A stretch of 64,000 nucleotides of DNA from Candidatus Latescibacterota bacterium (lineage in GTDB: Bacteria; Latescibacterota; UBA2968; UBA8231), in the NCBI GenBank assembly GCA_965203175.1, contig OZ241867.1, positions 5,888,001 through 5,952,000 of the forward strand, given 5' to 3'. The position numbers and the translations under genes were made by a program. Under the pieces are notes generated by a model. It was given only the letters and a program-made list of their open reading frames with translations, had not been told where the DNA came from and did not search any database. Below, one piece after another: positions 56,229 through 64,000 of this stretch (positions within the stretch are counted from its first letter, which is position 1; each line of letters opens with the position of its first letter).

Positions 56229-57587
56229 CTACTCAAACAACCCTTCCACCTCGTCGCAGAGCAGAGCGGCTTCCGCGGTGCTGGCGCTCTCGGCGATGAC
56301 GCGGACAATGGGTTCGGTGTTGGAGGCGCGGAGGTGAACCCAAGGGCATTCGAGTTGTCCACTCAGGTAGAGCTTGGAACCATCGCACACCGGGTGGACA
56401 TGCGCCTGGGGATAGCGTTCGCGCAAAGCAGCAATAGCAGCGTCTAACTGCTCTGAAGTACAAGTAATTTTGCGCTTGTTGATCGCGTAGCTGGGCAGCG
56501 CAGCGATTAGCTCTTCAAGTGATTGTCCGGTACATGCCATAGCCTCCAGCACTAGGGCCAAACCGACGGCCGCGTCGCGGCTGGGGCCGATTTGGGTGAC
56601 GATGACGCCGCCGTTGCCCTCGCCGCCGATGACAGCTTCCTCAGCCATCATCTTCTCCACCACATGAACCTCGCCGACCGCCGTGAGAAAGACCGGGCAG
56701 TCGTGGGCAATGGCCGCGTCTGTAACGGCCTGCGAGGTGGAAAGCGTGGTGACGACCGGGCCAGGCTGCCGCGCCGCCACCGCTTGCACCGCTAGTGCGA
56801 GCGTGTAGTCTTCGCCCACGGGCGCGCCGCTCGAATCGACTAACGCGACGCGGTCGGCGTCTGGGTCGATGGCAAAGCCGATGGCGCAGCCGCCGTCGCG
56901 TACGGCCTGACCGAGCTGGACGAGATTGGTGGGCACCGGCTCTGGGTCGTGAGCAAAATCTCCGTCGGGCCGCGCGTTAATGAGCGTGGCTTCAACGCCC
57001 AAGACGTCCAGCAGGCTTGGAACCACCAAGGCCCCCGTGCCATTGCAGGGATCGATGGCCACCTTGAATCCAGCCCGGCGAATGGCGTCAGCATCGACAT
57101 AGTCCACAATCTGCTGGACATGGCGCGCCACTACTGCGTCTGAGTCGATCGTTTCCAGCGCGCCGGACGCGGCGCAGCGAAACTCGCCCGAGTGGAAGAG
57201 GGCTTCGACGCGCGCGCCCTCTTCCGCATTGAGAAAGACGCCGTCGGCGCGCACCAGCTTGAGGCCGTTCCAAGGAGTTGGGTTATGGCTAGCAGTGATG
57301 ATGATCGCGCCCTTGGCATCGAGCGCAGAGATCATCAGCTTGGCTCCCGGCGTGGAACACATGCCCAAATCGACGACGCGGCAGCCCGTCTGACGCAGAG
57401 CGACGGCCGCCGCTTGGGCAAAATCCCCTCCAGACGGGCGCGTATCGCGGGCGAGGACGACGGTGTCACCCGGCGTCAAGGTAGTGCCAAAGGCCGCAGC
57501 AAAACGGGCGACGACCTCATCGGTGAGCGACTGGCCGACGAGGCCGCGAATCCCAGAAATGCTGACGATGAGCGGAGCATTAGACAT
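56229..57587 (-). CDS. Phosphohexomutase (GlmM/PMM family)
   Basis: SISGIRG, ITASHNP..WNGLK, DPDADR, GGEGNGG, RASNTEPIVR. Confidence 0.92.
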   Translation of the reverse strand: MSNAPLIVSISGIRGLVGQSLTDEVVARFAAAFGTTLTPGDTVVLARDTRPSGGDFAQAAAVALRQTGCRVVDLGMCSTPGAKLMISALDAKGAIIITASHNPTPWNGLKLVRADGVFLNAEEGARVEALFHSGEFRCAASGALETIDSDAVVARHVQQIVDYVDADAIRRAGFKVAIDPCNGTGALVVPSLLDVLGVEATLINARPDGDFAHDPEPVPTNLVQLGQAVRDGGCAIGFAIDPDADRVALVDSSGAPVGEDYTLALAVQAVAARQPGPVVTTLSTSQAVTDAAIAHDCPVFLTAVGEVHVVEKMMAEEAVIGGEGNGGVIVTQIGPSRDAAVGLALVLEAMACTGQSLEELIAALPSYAINKRKITCTSEQLDAAIAALRERYPQAHVHPVCDGSKLYLSGQLECPWVHLRASNTEPIVRVIAESASTAEAALLCDEVEGLFE

Positions 57588-57601
57588 AAACTTTTTCTTT
57601 C

Positions 57602-58390
57602 TCAGAGCTTTTCGACGACAAGAGTAGCGCGGCGTTGCACACCTAATTGACGAGCGGCATTGCCACCGTTGACCGCAACCTCCAACAGACCAGCGCTGCC
57701 GATCAAAGCAAGCGGCACACTCAGCTCGACATCCTCATACGTGCGGCAAAGTTCCGTAAGCACATGCCCGCCGAGGCGGATGCGCAGCGCGGCACCCCAC
57801 GGCGCAATATCAGCGGCCGCAATGTTGCTCACCAAGTTGCCAAAGCCGTCGATGTGGATGACGTGGCCGGCGATGCGGTCAGCCGATTTACAAGGTGCGG
57901 ATTCGGCCAAACACACCGGATCGGCCACCGGCGGACCGACGTCAGCAAGGTCCAAGCCGCGGCAGAGGTGGGCGGCCAGCGGAGCAAAGAGGTCGCGGCC
58001 GTGAAAGGTGCTGCTCGGGTTAGGCCGACCGAGGTCGGGTCGGGCGATCTCGTGTACCCAGCTGTCGGCGCAATCGAGGACAAAGCTAAAGAGGCCGTTA
58101 TCCGGCCCCACCCACAAGTGGCCGCTACTCTGGAGGACGAGAGGACGTCGCCGCGTACCTACGCCGGAATCGACAACGGCTAGATGAACGGTGCCGGGTG
58201 GGAACTCGCGCGCGGCGTGGCGCAAAACAAAAGCGGCGGCAAGCACATCTTGAGGTGGAATCTGGTGAGAAATATCCACGAGCTGGGCCTCCGGTGCGAT
58301 GCCCAAGATGACCCCCTTCATCGCGCCGACGTAGTAATCGCCCTCGCCAAAATCCGTCGTCAGCGTGACGATTGGGGGCGCACGCCGCAT
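57602..58390 (-). CDS. SAM hydroxide adenosyltransferase (DUF62; chlorinase/fluorinase superfamily)
   Basis: TLTTDFG, VVDSGVGT.R, GPDNG, STFHGRDLF, IDGFGN, LEVAVN.G.A. Confidence 0.88.
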   Translation of the reverse strand: MRRAPPIVTLTTDFGEGDYYVGAMKGVILGIAPEAQLVDISHQIPPQDVLAAAFVLRHAAREFPPGTVHLAVVDSGVGTRRRPLVLQSSGHLWVGPDNGLFSFVLDCADSWVHEIARPDLGRPNPSSTFHGRDLFAPLAAHLCRGLDLADVGPPVADPVCLAESAPCKSADRIAGHVIHIDGFGNLVSNIAAADIAPWGAALRIRLGGHVLTELCRTYEDVELSVPLALIGSAGLLEVAVNGGNAARQLGVQRRATLVVEKL

Positions 58391-58572
58391 GAGTTTATTC
58401 TGCATTTTGCACGCATACCTCCCGCTTTCCAAGTATAGCGACATATCCAATTCGCCGCTTGCGTCCCTCTGTTGATACCAAGCGGCTCGGGCCTTAGATT
58501 TGCCGTCAAATCCCACCCCTGCCCTTTGCAGCGTTCAGTCTGGCCCCAGTGGGGGCCACAAGGAGAATCGCC

Positions 58573-59583
58573 ATGGCCGTCAAAAGCCACATTGAAATAG
58601 CGCCCGGCCTCAAGGTCGCGGCCCAAATGTCCCCTGAGCCGAGCGACGAGGAAATGGCCTTTGTGCGGCAGATGGGCGTCGAATACGCCGTGACTTGGAT
58701 CGATTCGGCCAAGGCCAGCCCCGAGTACTATCGCAGCCGCCGGGAGCACTTTGCCCGCGGCGGCATCCAACTCTACGGCTTGGGCAATGGCAGCGTCCAC
58801 AACGTGGATGCGATCACCCTCAACCTGCCCAACCGCGACGGGAAAGTCGCCGAGTACAAGGCGCACATCCGCAACCTAGGCCAAGCCGACATTCCCTACA
58901 CGACCTATGCCCACATGGCCAACAGCGTGTGGAGCACGCCGCCGGAGCAGACCCGGGGCGGATCTAGGGCGCGGGCCTTTGACATGGCGCGGCTCGCCGA
59001 GGCTTCCGGCGGCGGCTTTACCGGCGAGGGCCTGACGCACGACCGCGAATACACCGAGGAAGAGCTGTGGGACAACTTCGCCTCCTTTGCCGTGGAAATC
59101 GCGCCGGTCGCTGAGGAAGCCGGCGTCCGCATAGGCATTCATCCCGACGACCCGCCCGGGGTGCCGTTGGGCGGCGTGCCCCGACCCATTTTTAGCAGCT
59201 TCGACGGGTACAAACGCGCCCTCGAAATCGCCGACAGCCCCAACGTGGGAATGTGCTTGTGCATCGGCTGCTGGCTGGAGGGCGGCGAGGCCATGGGCCG
59301 CGACGTGGTGGAGACAATCCGCTACTTCGGCGGGCAGGGCAAGATATTCAAGGTCCACTACCGCAACGTAGATAAGCCGCTGCCGCACTTTGTCGAGACC
59401 TTTGTCGACGATGGATACTTCGACATGTACCAGGCCATGCGCGCGCTGGCCGAAGTCGGCTACGACGGCACCTTGATCCCGGATCACATCCCGCAGATGG
59501 GCGACGACGGGCGGCTGGGCACGGCTTACACACTGGCTTACATGCGCGCCCTGCAAAAGAGGGCCGAAGAAGAAAGGAGTTAG
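58573..59583 (+). CDS. Mannonate dehydratase (UxuA)-like protein
   Basis: IAPVAEEAGVRIGIHPDDPP, C.G, VHYRNV, FVE.F.DDG, IPDH.P. Confidence 0.82.
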   Translation: MAVKSHIEIAPGLKVAAQMSPEPSDEEMAFVRQMGVEYAVTWIDSAKASPEYYRSRREHFARGGIQLYGLGNGSVHNVDAITLNLPNRDGKVAEYKAHIRNLGQADIPYTTYAHMANSVWSTPPEQTRGGSRARAFDMARLAEASGGGFTGEGLTHDREYTEEELWDNFASFAVEIAPVAEEAGVRIGIHPDDPPGVPLGGVPRPIFSSFDGYKRALEIADSPNVGMCLCIGCWLEGGEAMGRDVVETIRYFGGQGKIFKVHYRNVDKPLPHFVETFVDDGYFDMYQAMRALAEVGYDGTLIPDHIPQMGDDGRLGTAYTLAYMRALQKRAEEERS

Positions 59584-59585
59584 AT

Positions 59586-60398
59586 ATGCTGAGCAAGGAA
59601 CAGGTAGCGCAATACCGCGAACAGGGCTATCTCAAAGTCCCCCAACTCTTCGCGCCCGAAGAAACCGAAGAGCTAGCCTCGGAGATGGTGCGAGTAATCG
59701 AACAATGGGGGCAGGAATCCATCGGCTGGGTCGGCCCCTGGCGCGATCGCTACCTCGAAGAAGAAGAGCGGCTCAACACACGGGCGGTCTTCATGCACAA
59801 CCCGCACTTTTACTCGGCCGCTTGGGGCCGAGTCCTCTTTCACGAGGCAATGATCGCCTGCGTGCGGCAACTCATCGACGGCCCCGTGCAGTGGCACCAC
59901 ACAGTCCTGCACGCCAAGCCGCCGGAAAAAGGCACGCCCTTCCCCATGCACCAAGACTATCCATTCTACCCGCACGACGGGCCGGATTTCGTCGACTGCT
60001 TGTTGCACTTAGACGACACGCCGCTGGAGAGCGGTGCGCTGATGGTCGTGCCGGGCAGCCACAAACAGGGGCCGCTGGAGCACGTGTTGGGCCCGGAAAC
60101 CGCCCCGCACCTGCCGCCCGCGCAGTACCATCCCGACCGCCTCGACAGCGTTGCCGTGCCAGCGAAGCGCGGCGACATGATCTTCTTCAGCTACCAGACG
60201 ATCCACTGGTCGGATTGCAACCGCACAGACTCTTGGCGCAAGTCCGTGCGCTTTGGCTATCACAGCACGGCGCTGCGGCCGGTGGGACGCGCTGAGGACA
60301 ATCCGCATCGCATCGACCAAGACAACGTGCTGGATCGCAACAACAACATCGTCGTGGCTGGATTTCGCGACAACGAGATGGAGCCAGCGGCCAGCTAA
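59586..60398 (+). CDS. Phytanoyl-CoA dioxygenase (PhyH) family protein
   Basis: KPP, HQD, GAL.VVPGSH, GD..FF....IH.S..N....R. Confidence 0.9.
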   Translation: MLSKEQVAQYREQGYLKVPQLFAPEETEELASEMVRVIEQWGQESIGWVGPWRDRYLEEEERLNTRAVFMHNPHFYSAAWGRVLFHEAMIACVRQLIDGPVQWHHTVLHAKPPEKGTPFPMHQDYPFYPHDGPDFVDCLLHLDDTPLESGALMVVPGSHKQGPLEHVLGPETAPHLPPAQYHPDRLDSVAVPAKRGDMIFFSYQTIHWSDCNRTDSWRKSVRFGYHSTALRPVGRAEDNPHRIDQDNVLDRNNNIVVAGFRDNEMEPAAS

Positions 60399-60409
60399 GG
60401 ACGAGCCTA

Positions 60410-61456
60410 ATGACAGCAAAAGACACAAGTGAAGTCGGCCTGATGCGAGAGGCCAACGATGCCCTCGGCGACAGCGCCGAACTGCGGCGACGACTAGACG
60501 ACCAAGGGTACATCTTCTTGCGGCAGATCATGGCCAAAGACAAGCTGCTATCCCTGCGGCAGGAGATGGCGGAAGTGTTGATGGAAGCCGGGTTTTTAGT
60601 CGCCGGTACAGATCCCATGGACGGTATTGCGCGAATCGACGCGCAGTGCACTGAAGGCGATCCCGAATACGCCGAGATATATCACCGCGTGTACAGCTTA
60701 GAAGCCTTCCACCAAGCCGGACATTGGCCGGAAGTTCTAGCCGTCATGGAACAAGTCGTAGGTGGCCCGGTGCTGCCGCATCCCCAAAAGATCGCCCGGC
60801 TGTGGTTCCCCCAATACACCGAGCACACCACGCCCATGCACCAAGACTTCGTCCACTTCCAAGGCAGTTTCAATACCTATACCTTCTGGGCGCCCGTGGG
60901 CGATTGCCCGCTGGACCTGGGGGGATTGGCGGTGCTGCCCGGATCGCACAAGATCGGCAAAGTGCGCGAGCACCACTTCTCGCTGGGTGCCGGCGGCCTG
61001 GCCGTAGACGAATCCGAACTGACCGGACGCTGGCTCAGCGCGAATTACGAAGCCGGAGACGCGCTAATCTTTCCGAGCCTGACCGTCCACCAAGCCCTGC
61101 CCAACTACACAGAAGATCGCCTGCGCATTTCACTCGACAACCGCTATCAGGCACAGGGAGAGCCGATTGCGCAGCACATGCTGGATCCACACCTGATCGG
61201 CGTCACCGGCTTTAACTGGGACGCCTGTTACGCGGGCTGGCAAAGCGAATCATTACAGTACTATTGGCAGGACTTAGATCTAGAGGTTGTGCCGCAGTCG
61301 TCCCAATGGGGCGATCAAGGGTTTGCCGAGGCCCTGTCCTTAGCAAGCGACGGCGACGAGCGGGCCTTGTACCAATTGCGGCGCATTGCGCGGCGCGATC
61401 CTGAGTCCGAGCGCGGGCAGCAGGCCCTCCAACTCCTACACGAGGTAAATGTATGA
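60410..61456 (+). CDS. Phytanoyl-CoA dioxygenase (PhyH) family protein
   Basis: TPMHQD, GGLAVLPGSH, GDALIF...TVH.A.PN....R.S.D.RY. Confidence 0.9.
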   Translation: MTAKDTSEVGLMREANDALGDSAELRRRLDDQGYIFLRQIMAKDKLLSLRQEMAEVLMEAGFLVAGTDPMDGIARIDAQCTEGDPEYAEIYHRVYSLEAFHQAGHWPEVLAVMEQVVGGPVLPHPQKIARLWFPQYTEHTTPMHQDFVHFQGSFNTYTFWAPVGDCPLDLGGLAVLPGSHKIGKVREHHFSLGAGGLAVDESELTGRWLSANYEAGDALIFPSLTVHQALPNYTEDRLRISLDNRYQAQGEPIAQHMLDPHLIGVTGFNWDACYAGWQSESLQYYWQDLDLEVVPQSSQWGDQGFAEALSLASDGDERALYQLRRIARRDPESERGQQALQLLHEVNV

Positions 61457-62928
61457 AGGCAATTATGGTCATGTTCGACTCGCTCAACCGGCACATGTTG
61501 CCGCCCTACGGCTGCAATTGGACGCACGCGCCCAATTTCCAGCGGCTCGCCGAGCGGTCTCTTACCTTTGACACCAGCTACGTCTGCTCCATGCCGTGCA
61601 TGCCCGCCCGCCGCGATTTGCACACCGGGCGGCCCAATTTTCTCCACCGCTCTTGGGGGCCGCTGGAGCCGTTCGACGACTCCGTCCCTCGAATGCTGCG
61701 CGAGGCCGAGATCTCGTCGCACCTCATCAGCGACCACTACCATTACTGGGAGGCCGGCGGTGCTACCTACCACACCCAGTACAACACTTGGCAGTTCTTC
61801 CGCGGCCAAGAAGGCGATCCGTGGATCGGGCAGGTGGCCGACCCACCACCCGTAGAGGCGCACGCGAGCAATGCGGGCCGCAGCATGTGGCATCGACAAG
61901 ACCGCGTCAACCGGCAATACATGCGCCGCGAAGAAGACCAGCCCCAATCGCAGACCTTCACGTCCGGCGTCGAGTTCATCCGCCGCAACCACGCGCAAGA
62001 CAATTGGTTTTTGCAGATCGAGACCTTTGACCCGCACGAGCCATTTTTCACCCAACGCCAATACCAAGACCTCTACCCAGAGCTTTTTAAGAACCGCTCG
62101 TCTGTGCTGTTCGACTGGCCGACTTACGGTCCTGTAACCGAAGAACAGGCCCTCATCGATCAATGCCGGGGCCACTACGCATCGCTACTGAGCATGTGCG
62201 ACGCCCGCCTCGGCGACATCCTCGACGAGATGGACCGGCTCGAACTGTGGGACGACACCATGCTCATCGTGTGGACCGACCACGGCTTCCTGCTCAGCGA
62301 GCACGACCTGTGGGCCAAGATACAGATGCCTTGGTACCGCGAGCTGTCCAACACGCCGTTCTTCGTCTGGGATCCGCGCTGCGGCCACGCGGGCCAGCGG
62401 CGGCAGAGCTTGGTGCAACCGTCGATTGACTTGGGACCGACCTTGCTGGACCTCTTTGGGATGGAACCGACCCCGGACATGCTGGGCCAGAGCCTGCGCG
62501 AAGCCTGCGCGAGCGACTCTCCCGTGCGCGAGGCCGCGATTTTCGGCAACCACGGCGGGCAGGTGAATGTCACCGATGGCCGCTATGTGTACATGCGCGC
62601 GCCCACCCAGCCCGACAACCAGCCCCTGTACAACTACACGCTCATGCCCACGCACATGCGCGACCCCTTCTCAGTCGATGAATTCGCCAACGTGGAGCTA
62701 GCCGAACCGTTTGGTTTTAGCAAGGGCTGTCGGCTGCTGCGGACGCAAGGACACACGCGCAGCAAGCAGCACGAATACGGGACGCTACTCTTTGACCTAG
62801 AGCAAGACCCGCGCCAAGAGGCCCCGCTCGCCGACGCGGCACTGGAGCAGCGCATGCAGGAGCTGTTGCGCGCGCAGATGGAAGCGTGCGAAGCTCCGCC
62901 AGAGCAATACGAACGCTTGGGAATCTAA
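61453..62928 (+). CDS. Formylglycine-dependent sulfatase family protein
   Basis: DSLNR, CMPAR (CxPxR), DPHEPF, TDHGF...EH...AK. Confidence 0.9.
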   Translation: MKAIMVMFDSLNRHMLPPYGCNWTHAPNFQRLAERSLTFDTSYVCSMPCMPARRDLHTGRPNFLHRSWGPLEPFDDSVPRMLREAEISSHLISDHYHYWEAGGATYHTQYNTWQFFRGQEGDPWIGQVADPPPVEAHASNAGRSMWHRQDRVNRQYMRREEDQPQSQTFTSGVEFIRRNHAQDNWFLQIETFDPHEPFFTQRQYQDLYPELFKNRSSVLFDWPTYGPVTEEQALIDQCRGHYASLLSMCDARLGDILDEMDRLELWDDTMLIVWTDHGFLLSEHDLWAKIQMPWYRELSNTPFFVWDPRCGHAGQRRQSLVQPSIDLGPTLLDLFGMEPTPDMLGQSLREACASDSPVREAAIFGNHGGQVNVTDGRYVYMRAPTQPDNQPLYNYTLMPTHMRDPFSVDEFANVELAEPFGFSKGCRLLRTQGHTRSKQHEYGTLLFDLEQDPRQEAPLADAALEQRMQELLRAQMEACEAPPEQYERLGI

Positions 62929-62942
62929 GACAGGAGAATTAC

Positions 62943-64000
62943 ATGCAGAGTCCGGCGCAAAAAGCCATCGTCATCGGCATGGACGGAGCCGCCATGGAAT
63001 TGGTGCAACACATGGTGGATCAAGGTCACATGCCCCACTTGGGTCAGCTCATGGCGCAGGGCGTCAAGCGGCCCATGATCGGCGTCTTCCCAACTCTGAC
63101 GCCACCCGGCTGGACGGCCACTTCGACCGGAGCTTGGGCGGGAACCCATCGAGTCATGGACTTCAATATCCGCAAGCTCGGCGGGCGTCTCGACGAGACG
63201 GTGTGGGGCATCAACACTGAGCTTTCGCAGGCCGAGTACTTGTGGAACACAGTCGAGCGGGCCGGCAAAAAGCCGATCTTGGTCAAGTGGGAGATGTCCT
63301 GGCCACCGACCGTGCAAACCGGCATCCAAGTCGAGGGCACTGGCCCGGGCGTGTCCAACGTGCATCAGATCACCGGCTACCACCTCTTTGTCGGCGGCGG
63401 CTGGACGCCCCGGCCGATCGGCGGTCCACGCGATCCCGAGACGTTGGACCCGAGCGCCTTGCAAAAGGTGCGCAACGTCGATCCGGTGGAGATTGTCCCA
63501 GCCGAGGGATGGCAAGATGCGCCCACATCTGCGCTGCCACCCAAAGAAGTGGAGCTAGTCATCGAGCCGCTCAAACGCGGGCGGGCGGATATGCACCCAG
63601 GCCAAGGGGGACCACCTAAGCATTTCTACGGCCTGATATACGCCTCGGCCGACAAGGGCTACGACCGGCTGCTCATTTGCCGCAGCCGCGATGCGGGTGA
63701 TCGGGTCGCCGAACTGGCGGTGGGCCAATGGACCGATTGGTGGAAGGACAGCTTTGAAATTGACGGCCAAGCGCTTGATGGCTATGTGCGCATGAAGCTC
63801 GTCAGCCTGAGCGCAGCAGGCGATGTGTTCGAGCTTTTTGTGCCGCAAGTCTGGCCGGCTACCGGGTACACACAGCCGGAAGAAGTGGCGCAGCAGATCG
63901 ACGAAAACGTCGGCAATTTCCTGCAGAATCCAGCACGCGACGCTTTGGGCGTAGTCGATGACGACACCTATTTCGAGCTGTTGGACTTTCACCACCAGCG
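62943..64000 (+). CDS. Alkaline phosphatase superfamily, type I phosphodiesterase/nucleotide pyrophosphatase (runs off window edge)
   Basis: Not in ORF track. CAGGAG RBS, then MQSPAQKAIVIGMDGA...MPHL..L...G...FPTLTPPGWTATSTGA..GTH...AEYLWN. Confidence 0.85.
   Translation, partial: MQSPAQKAIVIGMDGAAMELVQHMVDQGHMPHLGQLMAQGVKRPMIGVFPTLTPPGWTATSTGAWAGTHRVMDFNIRKLGGRLDETVWGINTELSQAEYLWNTVERAGKKPILVKWEMSWPPTVQTGIQVEGTGPGVSNVHQITGYHLFVGGGWTPRPIGGPRDPETLDPSALQKVRNVDPVEIVPAEGWQDAPTSALPPKEVELVIEPLKRGRADMHPGQGGPPKHFYGLIYASADKGYDRLLICRSRDAGDRVAELAVGQWTDWWKDSFEIDGQALDGYVRMKLVSLSAAGDVFELFVPQVWPATGYTQPEEVAQQIDENVGNFLQNPARDALGVVDDDTYFELLDFHHQ

Noticed and set aside
57602-58390. Fluorinase or chlorinase
   Set aside because: It retains the Asp/Arg/His residues typical of DUF62 SAM hydrolases (VVD, R, FHGRD) and has no biosynthetic context.
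1-64000. CRISPR arrays, tRNA/rRNA genes, prophage, defence systems
   Set aside because: None recognised by eye; intergenic spaces are short and show no regularly spaced repeats.

Overview
A gene-dense, GC-rich bacterial chromosomal window. A FlgD-Ig-like C-terminal domain on a secreted protease, together with several sulfatases and PhyH dioxygenases, suggests an FCB-related, Latescibacterota-like organism, possibly a marine or sponge symbiont; this is inference only. Gene blocks, left to right: (1) an aromatic amino-acid operon (fused trpEG, trpG/pabA, trpD, trpC, trpS, chorismate mutase, tyrA-ACT, a degenerate aroA-like gene) behind a Trp attenuator that the ORF track misses; (2) a secreted S8 protease, ABC and glycosyltransferase genes, ppk2, a sulfatase and mazG; (3) a parA with no neighbouring parB, next to a sensor-less sigma54 activator, downstream of a -24/-12 motif; (4) a cell-wall operon (LytR_C, rsfS, mtnA, SPOR, MltD-LysM, mreD, mrdA, rodA, TPR); (5) a six-repeat ASH/Ig surface protein, catabolic enzymes, trxB, rsmA, cyaB, a phosphohexomutase and a DUF62 SAM hydrolase; (6) a UxuA-like/PhyH/PhyH/sulfatase/phosphodiesterase cluster. 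The best novel candidate is a 565-bp element at 47750-48314 with no recognisable protein. Both ends obey IS200/IS605 hairpin and guide-tetranucleotide rules (TCAT target with GAGA guide; TGAC end with CAAG guide). Its interior is densely base-paired, with an omegaRNA-like pseudoknot, and it sits exactly at the start codon of a small lipoprotein gene. No tRNA, rRNA or CRISPR array was seen. All family calls come from motif recognition by eye, not database searches.
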